This document shows, in pieces, positions 50,895-60,144 of a stretch of DNA of 64,000 bases (its first letter is position 1; each line of letters starts with the position of its first letter). The notes below the pieces were generated by a model that worked only from the letters and a program-made list of their open reading frames with translations, was not told the DNA's origin and made no database searches. The DNA lies in contig CANHPL010000007.1 in the NCBI GenBank assembly GCA_947462685.1, forward strand, positions 1,152 through 65,151, written 5' to 3'. The position numbers and the translations under genes were made by a program. This DNA is from Burkholderiaceae bacterium. GTDB lineage: Bacteria; Pseudomonadota; Gammaproteobacteria; Burkholderiales; Burkholderiaceae.

Positions 50895-52193
50895 TTAATT
50901 CAGCGCAAATAATGTAAATGGTTTCTGTTCACCAAATTTTTTGATACTAATCCACAATAACTCATTATTTACTAAATGATTAAATTTCATTTGCATATCA
51001 TTCCAGTTGATCGGATTTCCTGGATGACCTTTTGAAATTGCAACTTCAACAAGCTTTTTCTGACCATCTTTTAATTGAGCATGTAATCTGGCTGAGGTAT
51101 AACCCATTTCACGACTAGACTGAATGCTCACCAAATCTGTTAATTGAAGAGTTTCTTGATTAAGTATTGCTTGATCACTAAAATCCTCAACGGTTAAATC
51201 AGAACCTTTTAATGCAAGCGCTACACAGTATTTCAGATCAAACTTACCCTCTAAGGGAGATTTTGGTTTACCAGACTTTTTCCCAGTAACTTGCATAGCT
51301 AACTCCCCTACTTCAATTTCTAATGATTGAACATCGTTTATCGTAGTAAAAGTTAATAATTTCTTAATCGTGTCAACTGCTGGATGAACCAAATGACAGG
51401 CTGCATATGGTTTAAAGCTATTATTTAAAATTTCCCATTGATCAAAATGAACCGCCGTTAATGAGGCTGATTTGTCTTGAACGAGAGCTCGTATAAACCC
51501 ACCTTCTAAGGCAAACATATCTTGCTGAGCAACAAATCCATTTTTGGCTAATTTAGCAGCCATTAAACCATTAAATGCCGCTTTTCCTGCATGAAATGGC
51601 TTAGCCATTGTTCCAAATGAAATCGTAAAGCCACTGGCTTGAGTTGCTGCTGCTGAGAGTGCATTGATGATTTGCGCTTGATCAAGTTGATATAAAACAC
51701 AAGCAGCTGCTGATGAGCCTATCGCACCAAAAATCCCTGTGCAATGCCAACCTTTCTCTGTGATGATTTCACCTAGTCCATAACCAACTCGCGTTGAGAC
51801 CTCAAAGCCTGTAATAAATGCCCTTAATATGTCTTCTTCGGATGAGCCAAGTTCCTGCCCCAAAGCAATGGTAGCGGCAAAAAGTGGTGCACTCGTATGC
51901 GTATTCGACTTAATATGCGTATCATCAAAATCTAAGCAATGCGCTAAAGTTCCATTGCATAATGCTGCAGTTAAGGCATCTGCCACTCCTCCCAATAACA
52001 AAGTAGACTTCCCTCGATTATGATTTTCTTTGGTGGTTGCATAAACAACTCTCGCGGCATTCTCAGCAATAGCCCCTTTGGCAACACACAACCAATCTGC
52101 TAAACAGAGGCGGCCATAATCCAAAACTTCATCAGGAATTTTTTTAGAATAATTCTGATAAATGTATTCAGCAATTTTTTGTGTATTTGTCAT
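50895..52193 (-). CDS. MmgE/PrpD family protein (2-methylcitrate dehydratase-like fold; substrate unknown)
   Basis: 432 aa with family-typical blocks (LAHCLDFDDTH, GWHCTGIFGAIGSSAAA, GTMAKPFHAGKAA). It overlaps the upstream CoA-transferase gene by 4 nt. Confidence 0.85.
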   Translation of the reverse strand: MTNTQKIAEYIYQNYSKKIPDEVLDYGRLCLADWLCVAKGAIAENAARVVYATTKENHNRGKSTLLLGGVADALTAALCNGTLAHCLDFDDTHIKSNTHTSAPLFAATIALGQELGSSEEDILRAFITGFEVSTRVGYGLGEIITEKGWHCTGIFGAIGSSAAACVLYQLDQAQIINALSAAATQASGFTISFGTMAKPFHAGKAAFNGLMAAKLAKNGFVAQQDMFALEGGFIRALVQDKSASLTAVHFDQWEILNNSFKPYAACHLVHPAVDTIKKLLTFTTINDVQSLEIEVGELAMQVTGKKSGKPKSPLEGKFDLKYCVALALKGSDLTVEDFSDQAILNQETLQLTDLVSIQSSREMGYTSARLHAQLKDGQKKLVEVAISKGHPGNPINWNDMQMKFNHLVNNELLWISIKKFGEQKPFTLFALN

Positions 52194-53383
52194 TTATTCA
52201 TTAAGCCCTTGATTTCTTCTGCTGAATAACCAATATTTTGTAAAATTTCTTCTGAATTTTCCCCAAGCAATGGCGCTGGTTGATGAGACTTAATTGCTAA
52301 TCCAGACCTTACCAATGGATTGACCAAATAAGGAATTTTTCCTTCAATTGGATGATCAAGCCAATCAATCGCCCCCCGCTCTTTTACATGCTCTAAATCC
52401 ATGGCCTCTTGCGGTGAACATACTGGAGCAATAGCTATACCCGTCTTTAACATGTGCTCCATAATTTCATTCCACGTGAATAGTGAAAAGTATTTTTGTA
52501 AAGCTTGTCGATAAACAATCCCTCGCTCACCATGTGTAGATAAGCGATCTGCCGGAGTTTCATCCTGGAAAATCAAATCAGGTCGATCAATTTTCAGACA
52601 AAACTCTTTCCATATTTTGAACTCTAGTAATGTAATAGCTATATTTCTGCCATCTTTTGACTTGTAAATCGAATATCTCGGATTACCTCCAAAAGACTCC
52701 ATTCTAGGCTCTCCACTATAACCTGCAGATTTTGCAAATGGGGTACTTAAAGGAATTAAGCACATATTTAAAAGAGATTCATACATAGATATATCGATAT
52801 CACAACCAATACCAGTTTTAGCTCGTTGAGCAAGAGCGGCTTGAATGGCGATTACGCAATATAAAGATCCTGCAAAATCGGCGGACTGCATTCCGGGAAC
52901 AGTCGCTTGACCATCTGGAGAACAACCTAACAAACCAGTCATGGACTGAATCACAAGGTCGTGTCCAGCAATATGAGATAAGGAACCTGTCTTACCAAAA
53001 CCAGATATAGAACAATAAATTACCGCGGGGTTAATTGCTTTAGCAACAGCATAATCTAGGCCCAACTTCGTCATCAACCCAGGTCGAAAAGACTCAACCA
53101 CAACATCACAATTAGCAATTAAACGTTTAGCAACTTCTTTGCCAGAGGGCTCTCGTAAATCAACGGTAATGCTTTTTTTACTCCCATTGGTAGCATGAAA
53201 ATACACACTATTTTCTTTATATCTCGGGTAAGAATGTCGACTTGGATCACCAATGTCGGGTTCTTCTACTTTGTATACTTCTGCACCTAGTTCAGCAAGC
53301 ATTTGTGTTGCCCAAGGTCCAGGAAGTAATCGACTAAAGTCGACAATTTTGATGCCACTTAAAGGTAAGGTATTTGTTTTCAT
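52190..53383 (-). CDS. Family III (CaiB/BaiF) CoA-transferase
   Basis: 397 aa with LSGIKIVDFSRLLPGPWATQMLAELGAEVYKVE, NGSKKSITVDL, FRPG and IYCSISGFGKTG..GHDLVIQSMTG, which includes the conserved Asp. Confidence 0.9.
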   Translation of the reverse strand: MKTNTLPLSGIKIVDFSRLLPGPWATQMLAELGAEVYKVEEPDIGDPSRHSYPRYKENSVYFHATNGSKKSITVDLREPSGKEVAKRLIANCDVVVESFRPGLMTKLGLDYAVAKAINPAVIYCSISGFGKTGSLSHIAGHDLVIQSMTGLLGCSPDGQATVPGMQSADFAGSLYCVIAIQAALAQRAKTGIGCDIDISMYESLLNMCLIPLSTPFAKSAGYSGEPRMESFGGNPRYSIYKSKDGRNIAITLLEFKIWKEFCLKIDRPDLIFQDETPADRLSTHGERGIVYRQALQKYFSLFTWNEIMEHMLKTGIAIAPVCSPQEAMDLEHVKERGAIDWLDHPIEGKIPYLVNPLVRSGLAIKSHQPAPLLGENSEEILQNIGYSAEEIKGLMNK

Positions 53384-55380
53384 TTATGAGTATTTAATAA
53401 GTAATTATGGGTTCCTAATGGGTGTAATATCCGGGGCTCATAAACTGGAATGCCCAGAGGGGGTGAGATTAAATCTGCCATTTCATTATTTTGCGTTTTA
53501 ATTTGATACATAAATCCTCGACGGACTAAAGATTCTTGGTTGATGACATCATCAACTTCTAGAATTTGGACTGCTTGAATATCTTGCTTTTTAAAATGCT
53601 CAATTAGCTCTTTACAATTGAGATTTTTAGGATAATCTTGCATACTAGATGTGGAGACAATCCAACCATCTGTAGCCTGTATTTGAAAACCAGATATTGC
53701 CATCGAAGAGTCATTCCACATTAATTGTGTGAGCCATGCAATTGAATCGGACATAGCAATATCGACAATCTGACCGTTGTTAATTTGACTACGCTGAATT
53801 AAAGCCGCAATCATTCCCGCTGCTGCTAAATGCCCCGAAAGTTGATCGGCAATTGAGTATCCCACACGAATTGGACGGTTACTATCACCAAAAAGCCCGG
53901 TCAAGCCAAGATGACCTTGTATAACAGTATCAAGCGCGCCTAATTTAGGCCCTAATAATCCATAACCAGAGATTGAGCAATAAATTAAATGTGGGTTTAT
54001 TTTTAGCAATTCGTCTACCCCAAAACCTAATTTTTCCATTGCACCTGGGCGCATATTATGTAAAACAATATCGGCCGTTTCAATTAAATCAAATAGTTTC
54101 TTTTTATTCTCAATACTTTGTAAATCTATTGCAATTGATTTTTTACCGGCATTGTAATTAATAAAATAACCGCTAACCCCACCAAATTGGGGCTTAAATT
54201 TTCTCCCCTCTTCACCCTGAGGTGCTTCGATTTTAATGACTTCCGCGCCTAAGCTAGCTAGCAAATATCCTGCCATAGGTCCAGCAGCATAAGCTGTGAA
54301 CTCGATAACTTTAACTCCCTCTAAAGGAAGTGCTGCTGCATCGATAGAGGAGATTGATGGATGAGGACTTGAAGGACCTATTGATGAAATTTGGATAGGC
54401 ATTCTCGCAAATGAGAATTGATCCTCATGTTGAACCGTGCCAGCTTCTAATAAATCAACATCAAATGGCACCTCTCGTGGATTTGCCGCTGGACCACTTG
54501 GTAAACCAATTTCACGTAAAAGTAGAGTAATTTTATTAACTTCATATTGACTCGTCCATAATGTAACAATTTCATCAACTTCTTTTTTATGTTGTCTTCG
54601 CAGTGTGACGTTGGTGAATCTGCTATCGCTTAGTAAATGCTCCAGATTCATTAACTTTAGTAATGAGTGCCAATGCCCATCTGAAGAAGCACAAATAATA
54701 ACCCATCCATCACTCGCTTGATACGCATCCCAAGGACTACATAGAGGGTGTCCACACCCTAATCGAAATGATCCACTTTGATTATCAGTCAATAAAGATA
54801 CATGGGTTCTTAATTGGTCAGCCATGATTTCTAACTGACTTAAGTCTATCAGTTGTTTAGATGGGGAATAAATAGATGCTAGTATGGACAAGCAAGAAAT
54901 CACTGCGGCACACATCTCAGATATAGGTATTTTTGCAAACTCTGGTTTGCCATTGGGCAAACCACTGACCGCCATTAAACCACTCAGCGCTTGAATAAAT
55001 AACTCATTCGATGGCGTAGAAAAATTCTCAATTCCTAAACCTTGATCGGTAATCGAGCAGATAACTTGATGCTCATCTTGGTTAGGTAAATAATTGTGTA
55101 TCAGCTTATTTTTATCATCATTAGAATCGCCTAAAGAAGTAATAATGACTCTAAATTTTTTTAAAAAAAGATGGTGATCAGTACTTGGTAAATCCATACT
55201 GATTTTATCTTGATACTTTAACCGATTTTTGATCTGGGAAGAGGATATATTCACATTTGGATCATTGATCACGGTGACTTGCGCCCCTAATTGGGCTAAT
55301 AAAAATCCGCAAGCAGAAACAGAGAGGCGCTCGGAAAACTCTAACACCTCAATACCATCCAATGGCTTCTTAGCAAACAT
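53380..55380 (-). CDS. Tandem two-domain family III CoA-transferase fusion (degenerate N-terminal module plus canonical C-terminal module)
   Basis: 666 aa. Residues ~351-666 carry the canonical motifs (LEGVKVIEFTAYAAGPMAGYLLASLGAEVIKIE, NAGKKSIAIDL, MRPG, IYCSISGYG..GALDTVIQG). Residues 1-350 align to the same fold but lack the GP, GKKS and RPG motifs, and have SNELFIQALSG where the catalytic Asp is expected. Confidence 0.8.
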   Translation of the reverse strand: MFAKKPLDGIEVLEFSERLSVSACGFLLAQLGAQVTVINDPNVNISSSQIKNRLKYQDKISMDLPSTDHHLFLKKFRVIITSLGDSNDDKNKLIHNYLPNQDEHQVICSITDQGLGIENFSTPSNELFIQALSGLMAVSGLPNGKPEFAKIPISEMCAAVISCLSILASIYSPSKQLIDLSQLEIMADQLRTHVSLLTDNQSGSFRLGCGHPLCSPWDAYQASDGWVIICASSDGHWHSLLKLMNLEHLLSDSRFTNVTLRRQHKKEVDEIVTLWTSQYEVNKITLLLREIGLPSGPAANPREVPFDVDLLEAGTVQHEDQFSFARMPIQISSIGPSSPHPSISSIDAAALPLEGVKVIEFTAYAAGPMAGYLLASLGAEVIKIEAPQGEEGRKFKPQFGGVSGYFINYNAGKKSIAIDLQSIENKKKLFDLIETADIVLHNMRPGAMEKLGFGVDELLKINPHLIYCSISGYGLLGPKLGALDTVIQGHLGLTGLFGDSNRPIRVGYSIADQLSGHLAAAGMIAALIQRSQINNGQIVDIAMSDSIAWLTQLMWNDSSMAISGFQIQATDGWIVSTSSMQDYPKNLNCKELIEHFKKQDIQAVQILEVDDVINQESLVRRGFMYQIKTQNNEMADLISPPLGIPVYEPRILHPLGTHNYLLNTHK

Positions 55381-55473
55381 TAAGATCTAATTTTTTCTAC
55401 TCTTACCATCAATAGGAAGAACTAAAATTAAATAGCATAAGAGGAGTACGTTAAAAACTTTTTGAATCTAAAT

Positions 55474-56466
55474 TTATTTACTTAAAGCAATCGGCTCAAC
55501 CTTGGCTGCAGATACCGCAGCTTTCCATAGCTTTAATTCTGAGTCATAAAAACGATCCATATCTGCAGGTGAACCCCCAATAGGATCAATGGCTTGGATA
55601 CTTAGTTTTTTAATATTTGCTGGATCACTCAAAACTACATTCACTTCTTTATTCAAGAGATTAATGATCGCATCAGGAGTACCTGCTGGCGCAGATAAAC
55701 CCATCCAATAACCAGCAACCATAGGGGCCAAACCGGCTTCTGCCAATGTTGGCACTTCAGGCATATAATTTGAACGCTTAGCGGATGTAACAAATAAAGG
55801 CTTTAAATCCCCTTTTTTGACAAACTCTTGTTGTGAAGAAACAGTTCCACAATAGCCGTTAATATTTCCACCTAATGTATCTAAAATGGCTGCGGCGGCA
55901 CCTTTATATGGAATATGATTAAGTTGAATTTGTGCCTTTTCTGCAATCAGTTCCATCATTAAATTATGAATTGAACCTACTCCTGATGAACCATAAGAAA
56001 ATTTTCCTGGGTTTTTCTTTGCATAAGCAATCATATCGGCGGCATTGTTAATACCTAGCTTCGCACTGACGGCAAATAGATTGTCAGATACCCCAAGCAA
56101 GACAATGTTTTTCATGTCCTTTTTAAAATCATAGGGTAAATTTGTGTACATCCAAGGATTGACGGCGCTGACGCTATTCGTTAAATAAATAGTGTAGCCA
56201 TCTGGAGGTGATTTAGCGACAATATTATTAGCAATAATTGTATTCGCTCCTGGTTTATTCTCTACAATGACGGGAATCTTCAAACGCTCGCTTAGACCTC
56301 GTGCAACCTCGCGTGCTAAAAAATCAGTGGATGCACCTGGGGTAATCCCCAAAACAATTTTGATTGGCTTATTAGGATATGTCTCATCTGCACGTACAAA
56401 TGTACTTGAAATGAATAGCCCAAAGAGAAATACGCCGATTAATAATAATGATTTATTTGAATTCAT
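55474..56466 (-). CDS. Bug family (TctC-like) tripartite tricarboxylate transporter substrate-binding protein
   Basis: Signal peptide MNSNKSLLLIGVFLFGLFISSTFVRA, followed by the typical YPNKPIKIV..G.PGASTD N-terminus. I prefer the start at 56466; the ORF track starts at 56508. Confidence 0.88.
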   Translation of the reverse strand: MNSNKSLLLIGVFLFGLFISSTFVRADETYPNKPIKIVLGITPGASTDFLAREVARGLSERLKIPVIVENKPGANTIIANNIVAKSPPDGYTIYLTNSVSAVNPWMYTNLPYDFKKDMKNIVLLGVSDNLFAVSAKLGINNAADMIAYAKKNPGKFSYGSSGVGSIHNLMMELIAEKAQIQLNHIPYKGAAAAILDTLGGNINGYCGTVSSQQEFVKKGDLKPLFVTSAKRSNYMPEVPTLAEAGLAPMVAGYWMGLSAPAGTPDAIINLLNKEVNVVLSDPANIKKLSIQAIDPIGGSPADMDRFYDSELKLWKAAVSAAKVEPIALSK

Positions 56467-56645
56467 TGTCTCATCCAGTTTTATTTTTATGTTGAAAGTA
56501 CTATACAAGCAAACAAACTAAAAATCAACTCTTCAGCTTTGATGCTAATTACTATGAAAAATAAGACAAAGTTGGCTCTATAAAAGATTTTACTTAGATA
56601 TTTAAATCGAATATTATGAATAAAAATCAATATAAAGGAGGCAAC

Positions 56646-57056
56646 ATGCAACATGTAGATGGATCATGTCACTGTGGAAATATTAAATTTGAGGCCGAAA
56701 TCGACCTTGATAAAGTCACAATTTGTCACTGTACAGATTGTCAAAGAATGACAGGTGCAGCTTTTCGGACAGTGGTACCCGCTATCAAAAACTCTTTTAA
56801 GTTATTACAGGGGGAACCTTCTACTTATCTCAAAATTGCTGAAAGTGGTAACCGTCGTATTCAAGCTTTTTGTCCAAATTGTGGAACCTCAATTTATGCT
56901 ACAAGTGAATTTAACCAAGAGATTTTTGGACTCCGGGTTGGTACGCTTAATCAAAGGTCTGAAATTGCCCCAAAAAAACAAATATGGCATCGCTCTGTAA
57001 TGCCTTGGGTTTCTGAAATTGATAATCTTCCTAAATTTGAAAAACAACCTTCCTAA
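56646..57056 (+). CDS. GFA family protein (glutathione-dependent formaldehyde-activating / CENP-V-like Zn-Cys domain)
   Basis: GSCHCGNIKFE, CHCTDCQRMTGAAF and FCPNCGT cysteine motifs are present. ATG at 56646 is preceded by AGGAGG; the ORF track starts at 56616. Confidence 0.85.
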   Translation: MQHVDGSCHCGNIKFEAEIDLDKVTICHCTDCQRMTGAAFRTVVPAIKNSFKLLQGEPSTYLKIAESGNRRIQAFCPNCGTSIYATSEFNQEIFGLRVGTLNQRSEIAPKKQIWHRSVMPWVSEIDNLPKFEKQPS

Positions 57057-57261
57057 TTTTTCAATTTCATCTTATTTTGACAAAAAATACAAGTTTTAAA
57101 AGTAGTTAAGGTTTGTTTTTGGATTGAATGCTGTTTGCTATACTTAAAAAAATATTACGGAGACCAAGGGATTGAATTGTTAACTGATCATCATTAGTTA
57201 AATCTAATGATGGGATGCTTTGATTAGACTGCCTGTTAACCATTCATCTCTCTATTTACAT

Positions 57262-58986
57262 ATGCTTAATTCAGAAGATGGGATTGATTTAATTATTGTC
57301 GGCGGTGGTATAGCTGGTCTTACTACGGCAGTTCGTGCAGCTGAGATTGGTCTTCGTCCTCTGTTATTAGAAAAAGGTAGTGGAGTCGAGTACCCAAATA
57401 ATTCTAGGTACTCTGGGGGTATTCTTCATATTGGATTTCATGATCCTTACAGACCCCCTGAAGAGCTTGAACAACTTATTCATAAACTAACGAGTGGTGA
57501 AGCAAAACCAGAACTTGCAGCTGCGTTAGCGAAAAATGGTGCAAGATTAATTACTTGGCTTCAAGATAAAGGCGGCAAATTTATGCGCTTTAATCCTCAA
57601 GAGGGTTATCGCTGGTGTATGGCACCTCCCCGCGCTTTACGAGCAGGTAATGATTGGAAAGAACGTGGTCCAGATTTAATGTTAAAAAGACTTGTTCTTG
57701 CCCTAGCAGAACTTGGTGGCAAGATTCAATATGGTGCTCGCGCTACAAATTTAATCATGGAAGGTGGTCGATGTGTAGGTGTGCGTGGAGTTTGCGATGG
57801 TCAAGAAATGCTATGGAAAGCTCCATTTACTGTGATTGCTGATGGCGGTTTTCAAACGAATTCTCAACTCTACGAAAAATATATTGGCACCAATTTTTCA
57901 TCCGTGTTTCAACGAGGTGGTAGAACTGGTTATGGTGATGGCATCAATATGGTTCTTGAAGCAGGTGGTGTCGTTAACAACTCCGGAAATCGTTTTTACG
58001 GTCATATTTTATGTAGTGATGCAAAACATAATGATGCAGTTTGGCCGTATCCAGAACTGGATGCGATTGCAACCGCTGGAATTGTCATTGATGCCAATGG
58101 TCAACGTATTGCTGATGAGGGTCGATCAGGTGTTCATCTTGCAAATGAATTAGCAACAAAAGCAAAAACCGAAAAGTTATTTGCGATTTTTGATCAACAT
58201 ATTTGGAATGGACCGGGAACATCTGCCCGTATTCCTGCAAACCCTTTGCTCGAACGTGCAGGTGGAACAATTTTGAGAGCTTCATCATGTGAAGAGCTTG
58301 CTCAACTGATGTCCGTTCCAAGCGATATATTGAATCAAACTATTACAGAATATAACCAAGCATTAGAAAATGGATCTTTAAATCGTCTTCCAATTAAACG
58401 CTCTGATCTAGTTAAGCCATTGCCGATTAATCCATCCCAAATCATGGCAATTCCAATCTGTCCAGGAATAACTTATACGATGGCTGGGATCGATATTGAT
58501 CAACATGCTCAAGTTCTTGATAAAACATCAATGCCAATACCAGGTCTCTTTGCCGCAGGTGCCGCGACTGGAGGGCTCGAAGGCGGTTCCGACTCGGTCT
58601 ATATCGGTGGTCTCATCAAATCTGGAAGCTTTGGCTTATTAGCCGCCGAACGGATTGCACATTTACAAGGCAAACTAATTACCATTCAATACCCAAAACG
58701 TATTGGTGATGAGCCTTTAAAGTTAGATGACCCATCGGATGCAAGAACTGATGTTAGCTATGGATTGGAACGCTTTCCTGTACTCCGTAATTTAATTCGC
58801 TTTGGCAAACCCATCGCAATCATACTTGGGGTACTTGCATCACTACTCACATTTAGTCTTTTGCCGGCTTCTTTAGGATGGTTAACTCCTCTAATTGCAC
58901 TTGGCGTTGGCGGACTTATTCTTGTGATCATTTTAGGTGTGGTAGAACTCATTGTTCTTATTACAGAGTTTTTAATCCCCGATTAA
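57262..58986 (+). CDS. FAD-binding dehydrogenase (fumarate reductase/succinate dehydrogenase flavoprotein-like) with C-terminal hydrophobic tail
   Basis: Dinucleotide-binding motif DLIIVGGGIAGLTTA and C-terminal FAD motif PIPGLFAAGAATGG are present. The last ~60 residues (nt ~58801..58983) are two hydrophobic stretches, PIAIILGVLASLLTFSLL and LTPLIALGVGGLILVIILGVVELIVLI. Confidence 0.8.
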   Translation: MLNSEDGIDLIIVGGGIAGLTTAVRAAEIGLRPLLLEKGSGVEYPNNSRYSGGILHIGFHDPYRPPEELEQLIHKLTSGEAKPELAAALAKNGARLITWLQDKGGKFMRFNPQEGYRWCMAPPRALRAGNDWKERGPDLMLKRLVLALAELGGKIQYGARATNLIMEGGRCVGVRGVCDGQEMLWKAPFTVIADGGFQTNSQLYEKYIGTNFSSVFQRGGRTGYGDGINMVLEAGGVVNNSGNRFYGHILCSDAKHNDAVWPYPELDAIATAGIVIDANGQRIADEGRSGVHLANELATKAKTEKLFAIFDQHIWNGPGTSARIPANPLLERAGGTILRASSCEELAQLMSVPSDILNQTITEYNQALENGSLNRLPIKRSDLVKPLPINPSQIMAIPICPGITYTMAGIDIDQHAQVLDKTSMPIPGLFAAGAATGGLEGGSDSVYIGGLIKSGSFGLLAAERIAHLQGKLITIQYPKRIGDEPLKLDDPSDARTDVSYGLERFPVLRNLIRFGKPIAIILGVLASLLTFSLLPASLGWLTPLIALGVGGLILVIILGVVELIVLITEFLIPD

Positions 58987-59016
58987 TAAATAGGATTATT
59001 CCATCATAAAGCTGTA

Positions 59017-60144
59017 CTAACCAAGTATTGCTTTAGTATGTTGACCCAGTTTTGGGTATTCCAAAGTCTCCTCTTGGCGTCGAAGGTGATTCACAATCGG
59101 TATGGGTAATGCCATGATTTGTCCATCATTGTGATTGATCAACTTATTAAATATTCCACGGCTAGCAAAATGTCTTGACTGTAATGCCTCATCGAATGTC
59201 TTCACAATGACCGAACATACGTCATGCCCATCAAATATAACTTCCCATTCGCTCGCGGTCTTCGATTGGATAATGTCGGAAATTGCTTGTGTTGCATCTT
59301 TCACCGCGCAAGAAACATCTCGGTATTTCTTATCTAATTGAATTAAATTACAAAAATTATTCCAAAATTTATCCTCTAAGGGAGCTGCTGCCAAAAAACG
59401 TTGGTCTTTTGTTTTATAAATATGATATCTCGGTGTTCCACCTGTCACAAGACTTGACGCTGCCTTAGGAGTCTGTCCATTTAGTTGCTGTTCAGCCATT
59501 ACCCAATACATCATTGTGAATAAGTTATCACTCATAGAAATATCTAAGTGGGATCCTTCGCCAAGAGTATCACGCTGTCGAAGTGCTAGTAAAATATTAC
59601 TAAAGGCAGGATAAGCACCTCCAGCAATATCGGCAATCAAAGCAGGTGGTAGTGAGGGAAACCCATTAGTATCAGCCACCAAAGAAAGCATACCTGTTTG
59701 CGCAACATAATTTAAATCATGCGCCGCAAGCATTGCATCTGGTCCAGTTTGCCCAAATCCAGTAATGGAGCAATAAATTAAGCGAGGATGAATTATTTTC
59801 AGTGTTTCATAGCCTAAGCCAAGTCGCTCCATGACTCCTGGACGAAATTGCTCAATGAGAATGTCACACTCAGTAATTAAAGGTATTAATTGCTCAATGA
59901 CTTTAGGGTCTTTGAGGTCAACTGCAATACTTTTCTTACCTCGATTTAATATGACAAAGTTGCCACTATCTTCGCCAGCTTTAGGACTATAGCTACGCAT
60001 TTCGTCCCCTCCTTGGGGACGTTCTACTTTAATAACCTCAGCTCCTGCTTCAGCCAACATTAACGAACAGACGGGACCCGGCAGTAAGGTACTAAAATCT
60101 AATACTTTTATACCAGTCAGTGGTAACTGTTTAGGTGAGCTCAT
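59017..60144 (-). CDS. Family III (CaiB/BaiF) CoA-transferase
   Basis: 375 aa with LTGIKVLDFSTLLPGPVCSLMLAEAGAEVIKVE, NRGKKSIAVDL, FRPG and IYCSITGFGQTGP..AHDLNYVAQTG. Confidence 0.9.
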   Translation of the reverse strand: MSSPKQLPLTGIKVLDFSTLLPGPVCSLMLAEAGAEVIKVERPQGGDEMRSYSPKAGEDSGNFVILNRGKKSIAVDLKDPKVIEQLIPLITECDILIEQFRPGVMERLGLGYETLKIIHPRLIYCSITGFGQTGPDAMLAAHDLNYVAQTGMLSLVADTNGFPSLPPALIADIAGGAYPAFSNILLALRQRDTLGEGSHLDISMSDNLFTMMYWVMAEQQLNGQTPKAASSLVTGGTPRYHIYKTKDQRFLAAAPLEDKFWNNFCNLIQLDKKYRDVSCAVKDATQAISDIIQSKTASEWEVIFDGHDVCSVIVKTFDEALQSRHFASRGIFNKLINHNDGQIMALPIPIVNHLRRQEETLEYPKLGQHTKAILG

